From Seison nebaliae (Eukaryota), in the NCBI GenBank assembly GCA_023231475.1, contig JALJEE010001081.1, positions 124,001-158,275 of the forward strand: a DNA stretch of 34,275 bases, in the 5' to 3' direction. The translations under genes and the position numbers were made by a program. This document shows positions 12,301 through 23,799 of the stretch, piece by piece. The notes under the pieces were generated by a model. The model was not told the DNA's origin, searched no databases, and was given only the letters and a program-made list of their open reading frames with translations. Position 1 is the stretch's first letter, and each line of letters begins with the position of its first letter.

Positions 12301-15300
12301 AGACGGAAGTCATTCCTGTTCGTATTTCTAATTTCAAATTCGATTCAACTAATTCATTCGTCGATTGTTGTGCATCGACAATCGTATGATAAGCGATCGG
12401 TCGATAAATGAGTGAGGGATCATATTCAATCGATTTCTCATATTTCTTAACATCTTTCGAATAAATTTTTCGTCGTTTCTTCGTGTTCAGTTCCAGAAGG
12501 AGATTTTGTGGCATGAAACGTTTCCTGTCTGAAAAACACGCCGAATAATGATCAGTTGATCGATTCAAATAAATCGGTTGCTCATTCTTCTCTTTCATCG
12601 ATCTATAAATTTCATCATCATTATCATTATCATCATCATTATCATCATCATCATCATCATCGAAATTTTCTAATTTTTTAAATAATTTTTCATCTGATTT
12701 ATTCGATGGAGAATTGTCGTCTGATAAGAAATATTTGATACAATCATGACAATGATGGATGAGGAGAGAGAGAATAATTTTCATATCATCAACCGAAATG
12801 AATTTCTCACAATTAATCAAATCGTTAATCGGTAAACTCTCGTCGGAGAGAAGAACATTCAAATAATCGAACGCCCAAGAACAGTCGGTGGGAATTCCAC
12901 TTTTCATCGACATAATTATTCGATCAACATCAATGAACATTTTCGATGGGGAAATACATGTGCTCGTTCCAATAGTCGACGACGACGTCGATTGAAGTCG
13001 TGCTCCAGCTCCATTATTATTCGATGATGATGACGATGAAGAATAATAATTTAAATTATTATGATTAATTTCAAATGATGTCGAATCAGATGTCGAAGCT
13101 ACGAAAGATGATGATCCTGATAAATTACTGTTGTTGTTATTGTTGTTATTGTTATTGATGTTAGTGGAACTGGATTTTTGGAGTGAATTCGAACCGAAAA
13201 GTGAGTGAGTAGAATTTTGTCTATTTCGATTCTTCCTCAAACTCATCGTCGAAGTTGTTTGAGAGAGATTTGTATTGGAATTTGAACAATTCGAATCATT
13301 ATCGGTGTGATGATTGAGAGATTGATGATGTTCGATAGCTGGTATGTAAAATTTGAAGGAATTTTGATTTTGTCTCTTCTCTCGATGTCTCAACAATTTC
13401 GAATGATGAGAAATACGGAAAAGTTTCTGAATTTTGTGCAATGGCCAATGTTGAGATGAAGATTCGTTCAATAAATCAGCAACGGATATTTTCGATGGGA
13501 AGCCATCGTCGATTTTATTTTTTATCAACGATCGACAATATTGAGAAGAATTTGGACACATCGTCGTCATCATTAATTCAGGATAAATTTGTCTTTCCGT
13601 ATTATATTTTTCATATGCGGATTTCGCTTCCGACCATTTGTTGGGAAAGGAATGAAATAATCGATTGGCATTATGAAGGAGTGAAGAGAGGAAAATATGA
13701 GCTGATGCTTCCGGTGTCGATAAATCTGGAAGGAATTGTTTATTTCTCAAATACATCGGTAATTCTTTCAACGACGAATAAATTGATGTTGTCTTCTTAT
13801 TCTCTATCAATTCTTTTCGTTTCACTTTCTCATCCATGTCCATCGAAGATCTTCTACTTGTTAATGATGATAACGGCATTGGTGAACGTTCATTTGTTCC
13901 ATCGTAGGAATTTTGTCCATTCTCCATTTTGAGTTGACGAGAAGAAAAATTTATTTCCTTTTGTTCGTCAAAAGTCTCCCTAGAATTGGAGAAGTAAAAA
14001 AAAATCGGTTAGATCTTATCGAGAAATGATAATGATAATGATAATTTATGAAAAATTTTCTCAAATCGTCCTACTAATTTTAATGAAGGTGAAACGAAAA
14101 ATTTGTTTGAATTCCAATCAAAAATTCGATGGCGATCGAAGTAATAGCCGTTTCAAATCAATCAATCGAAAGCTAATACTTTCAATACGACCATCAAACG
14201 ATTAGCGCTTAATAAGTGCATTTTTTGTGCACTTAAAATTATTCGAATGGAAATATTAAGCAAATGTCATCAAACTTAATTTCTTATGATGTAATATGAG
14301 AGAAGAATGAAAAATAATTATCTTACTAACTTATTGGGTGATGGTGGAGTGTGTTGTTGTTGTTGTTGTGTCAATGTCATTTTTCCTCCCAACATATTCT
14401 CCTTATTATTCTGCAACACATTCTCCATTATCTTTTCGTTGTAAATCAAAGCGTTATTGTTGTTGCAATTGTTGTTGTTGTTGTTGTTGTTGTTATTGTT
14501 ATTGGCAGTTGGAGAATGATCATTGATTTTTTTATCAATCAAATTTGAATTTATAAAATTTGATGATGATTTTAATGTTGTTGTTGGACAATTATCATTG
14601 TAAATTGTTGTTGTTATTATTTGAGATTTTAGTGGTGGCAACATGACGTTGGGAGTGGATATAGATAGAACGAATGGATGAACGAGATCAGAACCATTAC
14701 TGACGGGAATGGATGACGTAGAAATGACTGATGTTGTTGATTGATGATAAGGAATCGAGTGATTAATGGGAAGATGATTATTAAGGATGTTCGAATCGAC
14801 ATTTTTGGATGAATCGACAATATCTTCTCTCATCGACACGTCAGTCGAATGGAGAAGTGAATCGTCTTCTGTTTTTATTGAATCGTCAAATATATTCGAA
14901 TTACTTCTCCATGAATCATTCATAATCGATGATTGTTGTTGTTTCTGTTGTTGTTGTTGATCTTCTAATTTTAATGGTTCGTCTTTTATCTGATGTTCCT
15001 GATATCCCGTCAATGAACTCGTCACATTAATAGAAGAGGAAATAGATAATTGTTTATTAGACGTAGTCACTGTTGTTGTTATTATTGTTGTATTTTTCAA
15101 TGATGATGTTGATGAAACTTTCCTGGATGAAGTATCTCGACTTTTACTCAAACTTTTGACAGTTGTCGACGACGTGACATTATCAGACATCTGAGTTGAA
15201 TTAAGACGTTCACTCTCCAATTTGGTTTGTGCTCGTTTCTCCCTTTTTTCCTTCCGAGCTTTAATCTCATCAGCGATCACATTTAACGTCTTGGCTGGAT

Positions 15301-17983
15301 CTTCTCCATTTCTCGCGTTCTTATATTCATGATGAATGAGATATCGTAAATAATTCTTTTTGACGGTTGTGGCGGCACTGGCGGATGATCCAATTTCTAA
15401 TTGTGTAGCGATTTCTCGCCATTGACGATTGTTATTGACAGCAAAACATCCACCACGATTAATGACATTCTTGTACAATTTATAAATATCAAAATTATGT
15501 TTGTTGACTTGTGGACAACATTTGACCTCTTGTCCACGTTCTATCCAAACTTCGACGACTTGTTCGACGAATGTCGGTCGATCTTCCTCATCTCCCATTT
15601 TCAATAAAACATTTTTTATCTCCAAATTCACTTTACTCTCCTCGTCTTTCTTTCGATGATGTGGCGTTGGATCCAAATCCGCTGCTGTAAAAATACTTCG
15701 ACCACCAGAAGATGTTGTGGTGGTTGTTGTGGAAGATCGATGAATTGGTGTCGATTCACTCACACTCACACTCGTCACAATTGACGGTATGGCAGATGTT
15801 GTTGTTGTTGTTATTGTAGTGGTGGCAGTGGATGTATTAACCGAAACGGAAATCGATGATCGACTTTTGATAGTTCGATGATTTCTCGAATTTTTCGTAG
15901 AGCGAATTTGACCATTCGTAGTAGTGACGGTGGACGGGAGATGATTATTTGGAGATGAATGTGATGGTAATTGGGAATAAGAGATCTGATTCACCATCTC
16001 ATTCTTCTCATTATCGATTATTGATGGTTTATTGTTGATGGTATGGGAATTTTTTTCAGAACCGTCATGAACGGTTTTCGTCGAATGATTCAGTGGATTG
16101 TCGTCTGATGCATTGATTGTTGTCGATGAATTGATGGGAGGTGAAATGAGAGATGATGGTGAAGAAATCATTTGATTCGATAATTGTTCATTAATCTGGA
16201 ATTGTTGGAATTGGTGCCATTGTTGTTGTTGTTGTTGATATTGGGAGGATGGTGGGTGGAGATTATGTGAAGAAATAGATTGTTGATAAATATGATTAGA
16301 AGTTGGAAGATGATTAATTTGACTGGTGACGGAAATGAGATGAGCTGATGTGATCGGTTGAATAGATTGTGAAATGGAGATATTTCTCATTTGAAATTCT
16401 TGTGGAGGCAAATATTGTCGAGGGACATTCAACGGCAATTGATTGATTGAGGGCGAGGATACATTCCTCAAATTATCTACAATTATATTATTATTCTTAT
16501 TCTCCATCGATATCGATCGTTTATTCTCATTTTCATTCGTCGAATACGATTGAACATATTGTTGCTCTACCGACTGTTGTTGTTGTTGTTGTTGTTGTTG
16601 TTGACGTTGTATATTTTGTAAATGTTGTTGTTGTTGAAGTGAATGTTGTTGTTGTTGTTGTTGTTGTTGTTGATGATGATTTTGTTGATGATGATGAGGT
16701 GAAGTGACTGCATAAGAGTTGGGAGTGGAAATGATGGAATTTGAGGAGGAGATTGAAAGAGGATTGATAATATAATTGGATTGTTGATAACCGTCAAGCA
16801 GATATGGATTCCATTGATTGAGATTGGTGGAATTCATAGTTTGTGTAGATGATGACGGTATAGTTAATATGGGCATAGAATACGTTATTTTCGACGGATA
16901 AGTTGACATCGAATTGGAGATGGTAAAGGAATGTGGAGGATTGATGTGTTTAGGCGATTGTTGTTGAAGAAACACATTGTTCATATTCACCGGAAGAACA
17001 TTCTCTGTCGACGTGACAACGAGAGGAGGAAGTGTTGACTGATATTGTTCGGCTGGAATCGGAATCGATTGGACATTCTTCTTCTGCTCACCAACACCAA
17101 CAACATTCCCCACATTATTTACGTGGGAAGATAATGTTTGTGGAAGAGAAACGAAAGTATTATTAATAATTTGTCCGAATTGATTAATCGCATTATTTGT
17201 ATTCGTATTTACTGCATTCATCGATCGACTCTTCTCCAACTGATTCTGATTGTAAAGTTGTTGTTGTTGATTATTGTTGTTATTGTTGTTGTTGTTGTTG
17301 TTGTTGTTAGATGCGTCTAATATGGTGGGTTGATTAGTTATTAGATTTTGATAAAGATATGGTTGATTATTCAATTGTTGATTCATTATCATCGACGTCT
17401 GATGTTGATTAGGAGTATTTAACAATTGATCGTTTGACGATAAATGAGAGAGGAAACGATTTGCTTGTTGCATCAATTGTGGTTGCATTCCTCCAACATT
17501 CTCAAACACATGACTCGTTTGTATCGATTGAACATGTCCCGCCACACTTGTCATTTGTTGTTGTTGTATCTTCTGTTGTTGTTGTTGTTGTTGTTGTTGA
17601 AGATGGAATTGTGCTGAAGATTGTGGTGACATGACTTGATGTGATGGAGAGAAGAGATTGAATTGATTCGAAGTGAATTGTTCAGGCGAAATCTGAACTA
17701 ATGGTTGTGATATCATATGAGAATATTGTTGTATATTTCTCTGTTGTTGTTGTTGTTGGTGGTGGTGATGATGTTGTTGTTGTTGAAGTTGATGTGTTTG
17801 ATATTGTTGAGAGTACAATTGTTGTTGTTGTTGTTGTTGATGATGATGATGATGTTGTTGTTGTTGAAGATGATTTGGTGATTGTTGTGGTGAGAATTGC
17901 GGTGGTTGTTGTTGTTGTAAATCGACATGGTTCCGACAAGTCTCCGACGATGAACTGTTAATCATCGCACCATTATCGGGCAT
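9386..17983 (-). CDS. ARID1: SWI/SNF (BAF) subunit Osa/ARID1, ~2748 aa. Exons 17983-14331 and 13979-9386
   Basis: Exon 1 has a Q/N/H-rich N-terminus and an ARID domain (FDIYKLYKNVINRGG...VNNNRQWREIATQL...KKNYLRYLIHHE). Exon 2 has BAF250_C-type motifs (RIIMSMKSGIPTDCSWAFDYLNVLLSDE; NIIRSITF; GGTTSDILMRCTSILHRLA...LLKYEKRIIQL). The phase-2 intron 13980-14330 (GTTAGT...CTAAC...TTCTAG) joins the ORFs in frame as PNK|ETFDEQK. Confidence 0.85.
16560..17920 (-). repeat. Coding (CAA)n/(AAC)n/(CAT)n tracts encoding poly-Q, poly-N and poly-H in Osa
   Basis: Many (GTT)n/(GAT)n runs on the + strand. They explain the spurious poly-V/poly-T ORFs in other frames. Confidence 0.9.
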
Positions 17984-19766
17984 TTTCCGATCGATCCACT
18001 AAAATTTTTCTTCTGCTAATTTTGTTAAATGTTTTCTTCGGTTTCTTCAAATCGTTCAGATGATCATTCAACATAACGAGGATTCGATTATTCATCGAAA
18101 TTCCGAATATTCCAACGAAAATCGTTGCTCGAAATAAACCTTTCTTTTCTTCTCGTCCCGTTAATCAGAATCGTCTACTAATAATAAAAAGAAATTAACA
18201 ATAAACATTTACTTATTAATATCAGAATGTTGAGAAAGTTTGAAAAAAAAAATTAGGAAATTTCAAACACTTGAAATAATATCGTTAAGTTGTGTCGTCT
18301 CTCTCGACGAAGTAGAGGGGAAACATATGAGGAAATTCCGATCAATTGTTCTTATACGTCCACATAAAATACGATTATACACAAGAAAAACGTAAATACT
18401 TTCTTAATTGAATTAATTCTCTTGAATTTCTTCAAATTCCATCCATCCTCTCCACTATATCATATATTTTCCCAATTTCATTCAGTTCCTAATTATCATT
18501 AATTTATCTTCAAAATATCCTCAAAAAAATTTCCATTTCATTATCTGCACAATTTCGTGTACAAAAAAGAGATTTCAAAAATCCACATCAGGTTAATGGA
18601 AAATTGTGATCCTGTTCTCGTCCTCCTCCGACTCCGATTCTGAAAGAAGAATGGAAATTTCATTGATGGAAAATTTGGTCATGTGACGGAATTAGGAAAC
18701 CGCAATAATTCGTCGAACGATGTTGATGGATCGCTAAAGAGAGAGAGAGAGGGGGGAGAGATGGCTTTCTTTTATGTTTTTCAAAGAATAAACAAATGAG
18801 AGAATTTTTGTGGAATTGTTCTACATATCATTAAAAGAATTACACATTACACCGAACACATATGGAACGAGAAAGAAGGACGAGAAGAAATTCTCTCAAT
18901 AGGTCATCATGAATGCTCATTAATTTCCTTTTCATTCACTCCAATTCTCTTCCACATACATCTACTATTTTTTCCTCTCTAATTACAACGATATTCACAC
19001 CAAAAATGGGAGATACAAAATGTATCTCAATTCCAGTTAATCAAACTGAAAAAAAAATGGAAATTTAAAAATTGACATTTAATCGATTCCATCAAACAAT
19101 AGCGAATGGATTGGATCGATGGTATTTGGTATTTGGAGATGTTTTTCAACGCTTGTCAATTACGTGTCAATTGCTCGTCAAACACATCATTCTCGGAAGC
19201 ATAAATGAGGAATATGAACGGATTGTGTCTGAGAGTTGGTGAGTGAGTTGACCTTGTGAGAAAGGAGATAAGAACTAATTCATAAAATACACTAATATGT
19301 GCGTCTACGTACGAGGGGGAGAGACTCATCATGATTGGGAGGAAAGACGAAGAAATAATTGTTTTATCTCATAGCACGATTTGGTTAGGGATCGTGCAAA
19401 CCTGTCAGTATGTATTCGTATGTTGGTAACATGAGCATGTTCTATATGAATGGTAGTAATAGTGGATGTATTTCTTCCAATACATATGTATTCAATTCAA
19501 TTCAGTTTATTAAAGAAACACTATAGCTCCTTCCAATTCACTTACGATATTAGCAATTGGAAGATTTTTCTCCCAACCAACTGCCGATGGAATAATATAC
19601 GTAGTTGTATGTATGGTGCTGTTGAGTCGGGTTCGTTCCATTTCGAACGAAATGTAGAGAATCTATGTCATAAACAGATCATTATTCTATAGGTTATATG
19701 TCAACATTATGCAACATACACACAGATATACTCTTATGTGGATGGAAGTGCGGAGAAATTGTTTGG

Positions 19767-19778
19767 TGCGCTTGCGCA
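19767..19778. promoter_or_regulatory. NRF1/Ewg-like motif TGCGCTTGCGCA at the apex of a GC-rich hairpin
   Basis: One mismatch from the NRF1 palindrome TGCGCATGCGCA, and conspicuous in an AT-rich intergenic region. Confidence 0.35.
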
Positions 19779-20262
19779 CATGGACATTCTCCGCGCTACA
19801 CTCGGGCCGAAATGTATGAAATAAAAATTTTATCTTTAACTATTCTAAAGGAATATTGTATGATATACAGTCGAGTATGAGGGTTGATGTATGAGCTGAT
19901 TATTATTATTAAGTAGGAAATTAAAAAGAATTTATATTCCATCCGTCGTCACAGTAACATGATGGAGAGATCGGATCTTCTCTTATCATCTTCCTTCTCT
20001 TTACGAGGAGGAGGATGTGGACAAGAATAACTAGAATTGTTCTTCCTTTTCATCAATTCAATTCGATTCGATTCAATCGCTTACACACATATACCGTTTA
20101 TGGGAGAATGATAACATACAATGACATAAGAGCATGTGGGGAAAGTTTGGGGGGAATTTCAACAGTTTTTTACATAAGTCATTTGTGTGAGCGAAGTGGA
20201 GGAGAGTGAATGAAAGAAAGAAAGAAAGAAGGAAAGAAGGAATGAAATGGAATTGTCGTTCA

Positions 20263-20282
20263 TCTCTCTCTCTCTCTCTCTC
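20263..20282. repeat. (TC)10 microsatellite
   Basis: Directly visible. Confidence 0.95.
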
Positions 20283-20963
20283 GCCACCTTATTCATTGTT
20301 ATACAACAATTTACGTAATTTAATGCAGTCTATGTCTATGTGGAAGAAAGTTAAAATGTCGATCAATTCTCTTCTTTCCTTCAATTTCTCCTTCAAACAT
20401 CTTTCGACTCTCCTCCTCTACTCCGAATAATTAGGTATAGATGAAAGAAGAACTCTTTTCTCAACTTCAGTTTGAGTGAGAGGGAAGACGTGAAGAACAT
20501 ACGTAAACGATCATCATATACGATCATGAGTGGAAGGAGAATCATAATTCACATATATCCAATATCGTTTCAATTATTACATAAAATTTAATTTCCAGTT
20601 CATTCCAGACAGATGCCGTTCACGACTTTCTCATCTCACCATCATTCTACTCTCAATCAGTTAGTAATTTTATTCTCTTCCAATTGCACCATTGCCAACA
20701 TCACCGACCGGGAACAACAAGAATGATAACCATCATGATGGTGATGTTAATCGTTGATGGCAGACTGCAATGCTGCAAAAATATTTACATTAACAATTAT
20801 ATAATCTAGAAAGATTTTATTAAGAATGATGTTGTTCTTGTTGTTGATGTTGGTGATGGTGGTGATGATGGTGTTGGTGAAAGAGGAAGAAGAAGACAAA
20901 ATTACTATTCATTTCTATTCATTATTTTCATTTGTATAAATTGATGCGGGAGAATATATCATC

Positions 20964-20964
<1 letters not shown>

Positions 20965-21000
<36 letters not shown>

Positions 21001-21013
21001 ACATACACACACA
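20965..21013. repeat. (AC)15 microsatellite with a degenerate extension
   Basis: Directly visible. Confidence 0.95.
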
Positions 21014-22628
21014 ATAAAATTCTCATCATTTGGACGTATGTCAACTTATTTCTTTTATTTGTCATTTCGTCAAAATATATCATCATCATCGTCATCGTGA
21101 TTATGATGGATATCTGATGTAGATTCTACAGCCGATCGATCGCTCAACTTTTCGCTCAATCGAAGGAATATATTTTTCTCGCCTTCTACATACACGGACG
21201 GAGCAATTCCCATTCATCACTCACATAAACACACACTGCCACACACATAATGTCCATTCAATCGTTCGTCCACTGCCATACAAGGGAACATGTATGTATA
21301 GGTGGTTGTGTTGATAATAAGAAACATTTATTATTTCTTTCATCCTCTTACCTTTCCATTTGGCCATTATCCGTGGAAAGATCAGAAATTAAAGAGAAAT
21401 ATATCGTTTTCTCTCCGTGTGTATCTTTTCCTGTCCTCTCTCCTGTGAAGGAAAGAGAAATAAATACAATTTCTTTCTTTAATTTATTTATTAATTCAAA
21501 TTTCAAATAACATCACTGAAGATATATGATCAGTCTTCCTAATTACAGTCAACATTTGAGGAATATATTCAACATCAGTCGCTGAGGCACTCTCCAATTT
21601 CATCATCCCAGAAAACAGAAAGTTTTGGCCTTCGTTTTTCTTTATTTCTTTCTCCCAAATGAACCTCGTTCTCAACCCACCCGCCCAATACCTGTACACA
21701 TTTTCTAGCAGTTTCAATCAACCTCCCTTCAAATGCATTCGTCCAATCGACACTCCTCTATTGGAAGTGCATGCTACTTAACTGTGTCGACGTCTACAAC
21801 TTACTAAAATTATTTCCTTCCTCAATCATTCATGTTTATGTACTTCCACCATATACTGTATATTAGTGAATATGTACAAATAAGTGAATGTTACTGTGTA
21901 GGTGTATGTAGAATGATAGGTCCAAATGAGAACATATACAAACATACAATACTGTATATTTCATTTTATACTGCAACAACCGAACAGAGATAACATTATT
22001 ATTTCCCCCACACATCAAATTATTATTATCCCTTTTAACCTTTTATCGTTTTTTTCTCTTGTGACTCTCATTTCGTTTCTAGTACAATAATCTCCTTAAA
22101 TTTATTAGTCCTCATCATCATTCAACTTCTTGTCTTTTTAATCGAACAAACGACGAATGTTAATCGTCTCATCTTCCTCTACCATTCCTACTGCGTATCA
22201 TTATTTCCTTCCTTCAATCAAATGCATTTTGTCTGATTGTGGAAATGTCTTATCGACATTTCTGCAAACTATATCAATCGAAAAAGAGATGAAAATGTGC
22301 AACTTAACTAAACTACTTAACCAAATAAGTACAAAAAGGAAAATGAAGAAAATTGTAAAAATTTTTAAATTATAAAAATTCCCAATTTTCAAATATTTGG
22401 CTTTATATTTCACATTAACATAAAATGAAAAAATTTTAATATCTTCACACAACTATTCCTAAATTTAGCGACATGCTAAAAGTCTCATGAGAAAAAACTT
22501 AAAAATTTTTAAATAAGAAACTTGAACTTTTTCGAGAAATTTGAAATTTGATGATTTTTATGAAATTGAGGAACTAGATGAAAATAAAATAGAAATAGTG
22601 TCATGTTCTGCCTACATTATCCGTTACT

Positions 22629-23696
22629 TCATTTGAGACGTGAGATGATGTCGTTGGTGAATTCGGAGCATTTGGAACTTCCGCCCAAATCCGCCGTCCG
22701 ATAATCACCATGACGAATGGCATCCAAACACGCATTCTCGATTTGGAGAGCTTTCTCTTGTAAATTCATATGTCTCAACATCATAATCGCCGAGAGAAGT
22801 AGAGCAGTTGGATTGGCTTTATCTTCCCCAGCTATATCTGGTGCACTTCCATGAACTGATTCAAAAATGACACAACCATCACCAATATTTCCTGATGGTG
22901 TGACGCCTAGACCTCCGATCAATCCTGCGCACAAATCCGACAAGATATCTCCGTAAAGATTTGGCATGACCAAAACATCGAAAGATGTCGGTTTCTGAAC
23001 CATTTGTAAACAAACGGTATCGAGATATTTCTCTTCGAAATGGATATCGTCGAATTCTTCCGCCACTTCTCGACAACATCTCAAGAACATTCCATCAGTC
23101 AATCTCATGATATTGGCTTTATGTACCGCCGTCACATGATGTCGATGATTATTTCTCGCATATTCGAAGGCGAAACGAGCAACACGTTTCGACGCTTCTT
23201 CAGTTATCAATTTGATGGATTGAACCACTCCTTCAACAATCACATGTTCAATTCCGGAATATTCCCCTTCCGTATTCTCTCGGATCGTTACCAGATCAAC
23301 ATTATCATACGGTGTTTTATATCCCTCCAAACTCTTACACGGACGGACATTCGCATATAAATTGAATTCTTTACGTAAAGCCAAATTGAGAGATTTATGT
23401 CCTTTTCCTATCGGTGTCGCTAATGGTCCCTTTAAAGCGATTCCATTTTTACGAATGGAATCGATAGCCAATTTAGGAATATGAAAATTTCCATCAATTC
23501 CTTTCACCGGAGTCACGTCAACTGGTTCCCATTCGATCGGGATATCGGCAGCAGCGAATATTTTTTGAATGGAATCCGAAATTTCCGGTCCGATTCCATC
23601 ACCAGGTATTATGGTAACTTTATTTTGGAGTGAAGAAGATGAGGAGAAAGTTCGATGGAAATTCGTTAGAATTGCACGAGAGAAATATTTCTGCAT
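22629..23696 (-). CDS. IDH3A: Mitochondrial NAD-dependent isocitrate dehydrogenase subunit alpha, intronless, 355 aa
   Basis: An Arg/Ser-rich transit peptide is followed by [89 protein letters not shown] and [13 protein letters not shown], all alpha-subunit signatures. Confidence 0.95.
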   Translation of the reverse strand: MQKYFSRAILTNFHRTFSSSSSLQNKVTIIPGDGIGPEISDSIQKIFAAADIPIEWEPVDVTPVKGIDGNFHIPKLAIDSIRKNGIALKGPLATPIGKGHKSLNLALRKEFNLYANVRPCKSLEGYKTPYDNVDLVTIRENTEGEYSGIEHVIVEGVVQSIKLITEEASKRVARFAFEYARNNHRHHVTAVHKANIMRLTDGMFLRCCREVAEEFDDIHFEEKYLDTVCLQMVQKPTSFDVLVMPNLYGDILSDLCAGLIGGLGVTPSGNIGDGCVIFESVHGSAPDIAGEDKANPTALLLSAIMMLRHMNLQEKALQIENACLDAIRHGDYRTADLGGSSKCSEFTNDIISRLK

Positions 23697-23799
23697 TCTG
23701 TTCGTTTTTTGGATCAGCTCAAAATTTAAATCTAAATTTTCCTTAAAATTTCCTTTACAATTTTTATTCAGTCTTTCTATTTTTTAGTTTAAGTGTATT

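Noticed and set aside
14338..17961. Many short poly-V/poly-T/poly-C/poly-N ORFs overlapping Osa
   Set aside because: They are alternative-frame readings of CAA/AAC microsatellites.
9386..17983. Osa as two separate genes (gene fission)
   Set aside because: A GT-AG intron with a CTAAC branch site and matching phase joins the two ORFs in frame.
19372..21250. miR-29-like TAGCACGATTTG (19372) and miR-34-like TGGCAGTGTG (minus strand, ~21232-21241)
   Set aside because: The first has a seed mismatch, the second lies in CA-rich low-complexity sequence, and neither has a proper precursor.
19450..22452. Short 60-86 aa ORFs in the intergenic block
   Set aside because: They have no recognisable motifs, several use non-ATG starts, and some run through microsatellites.
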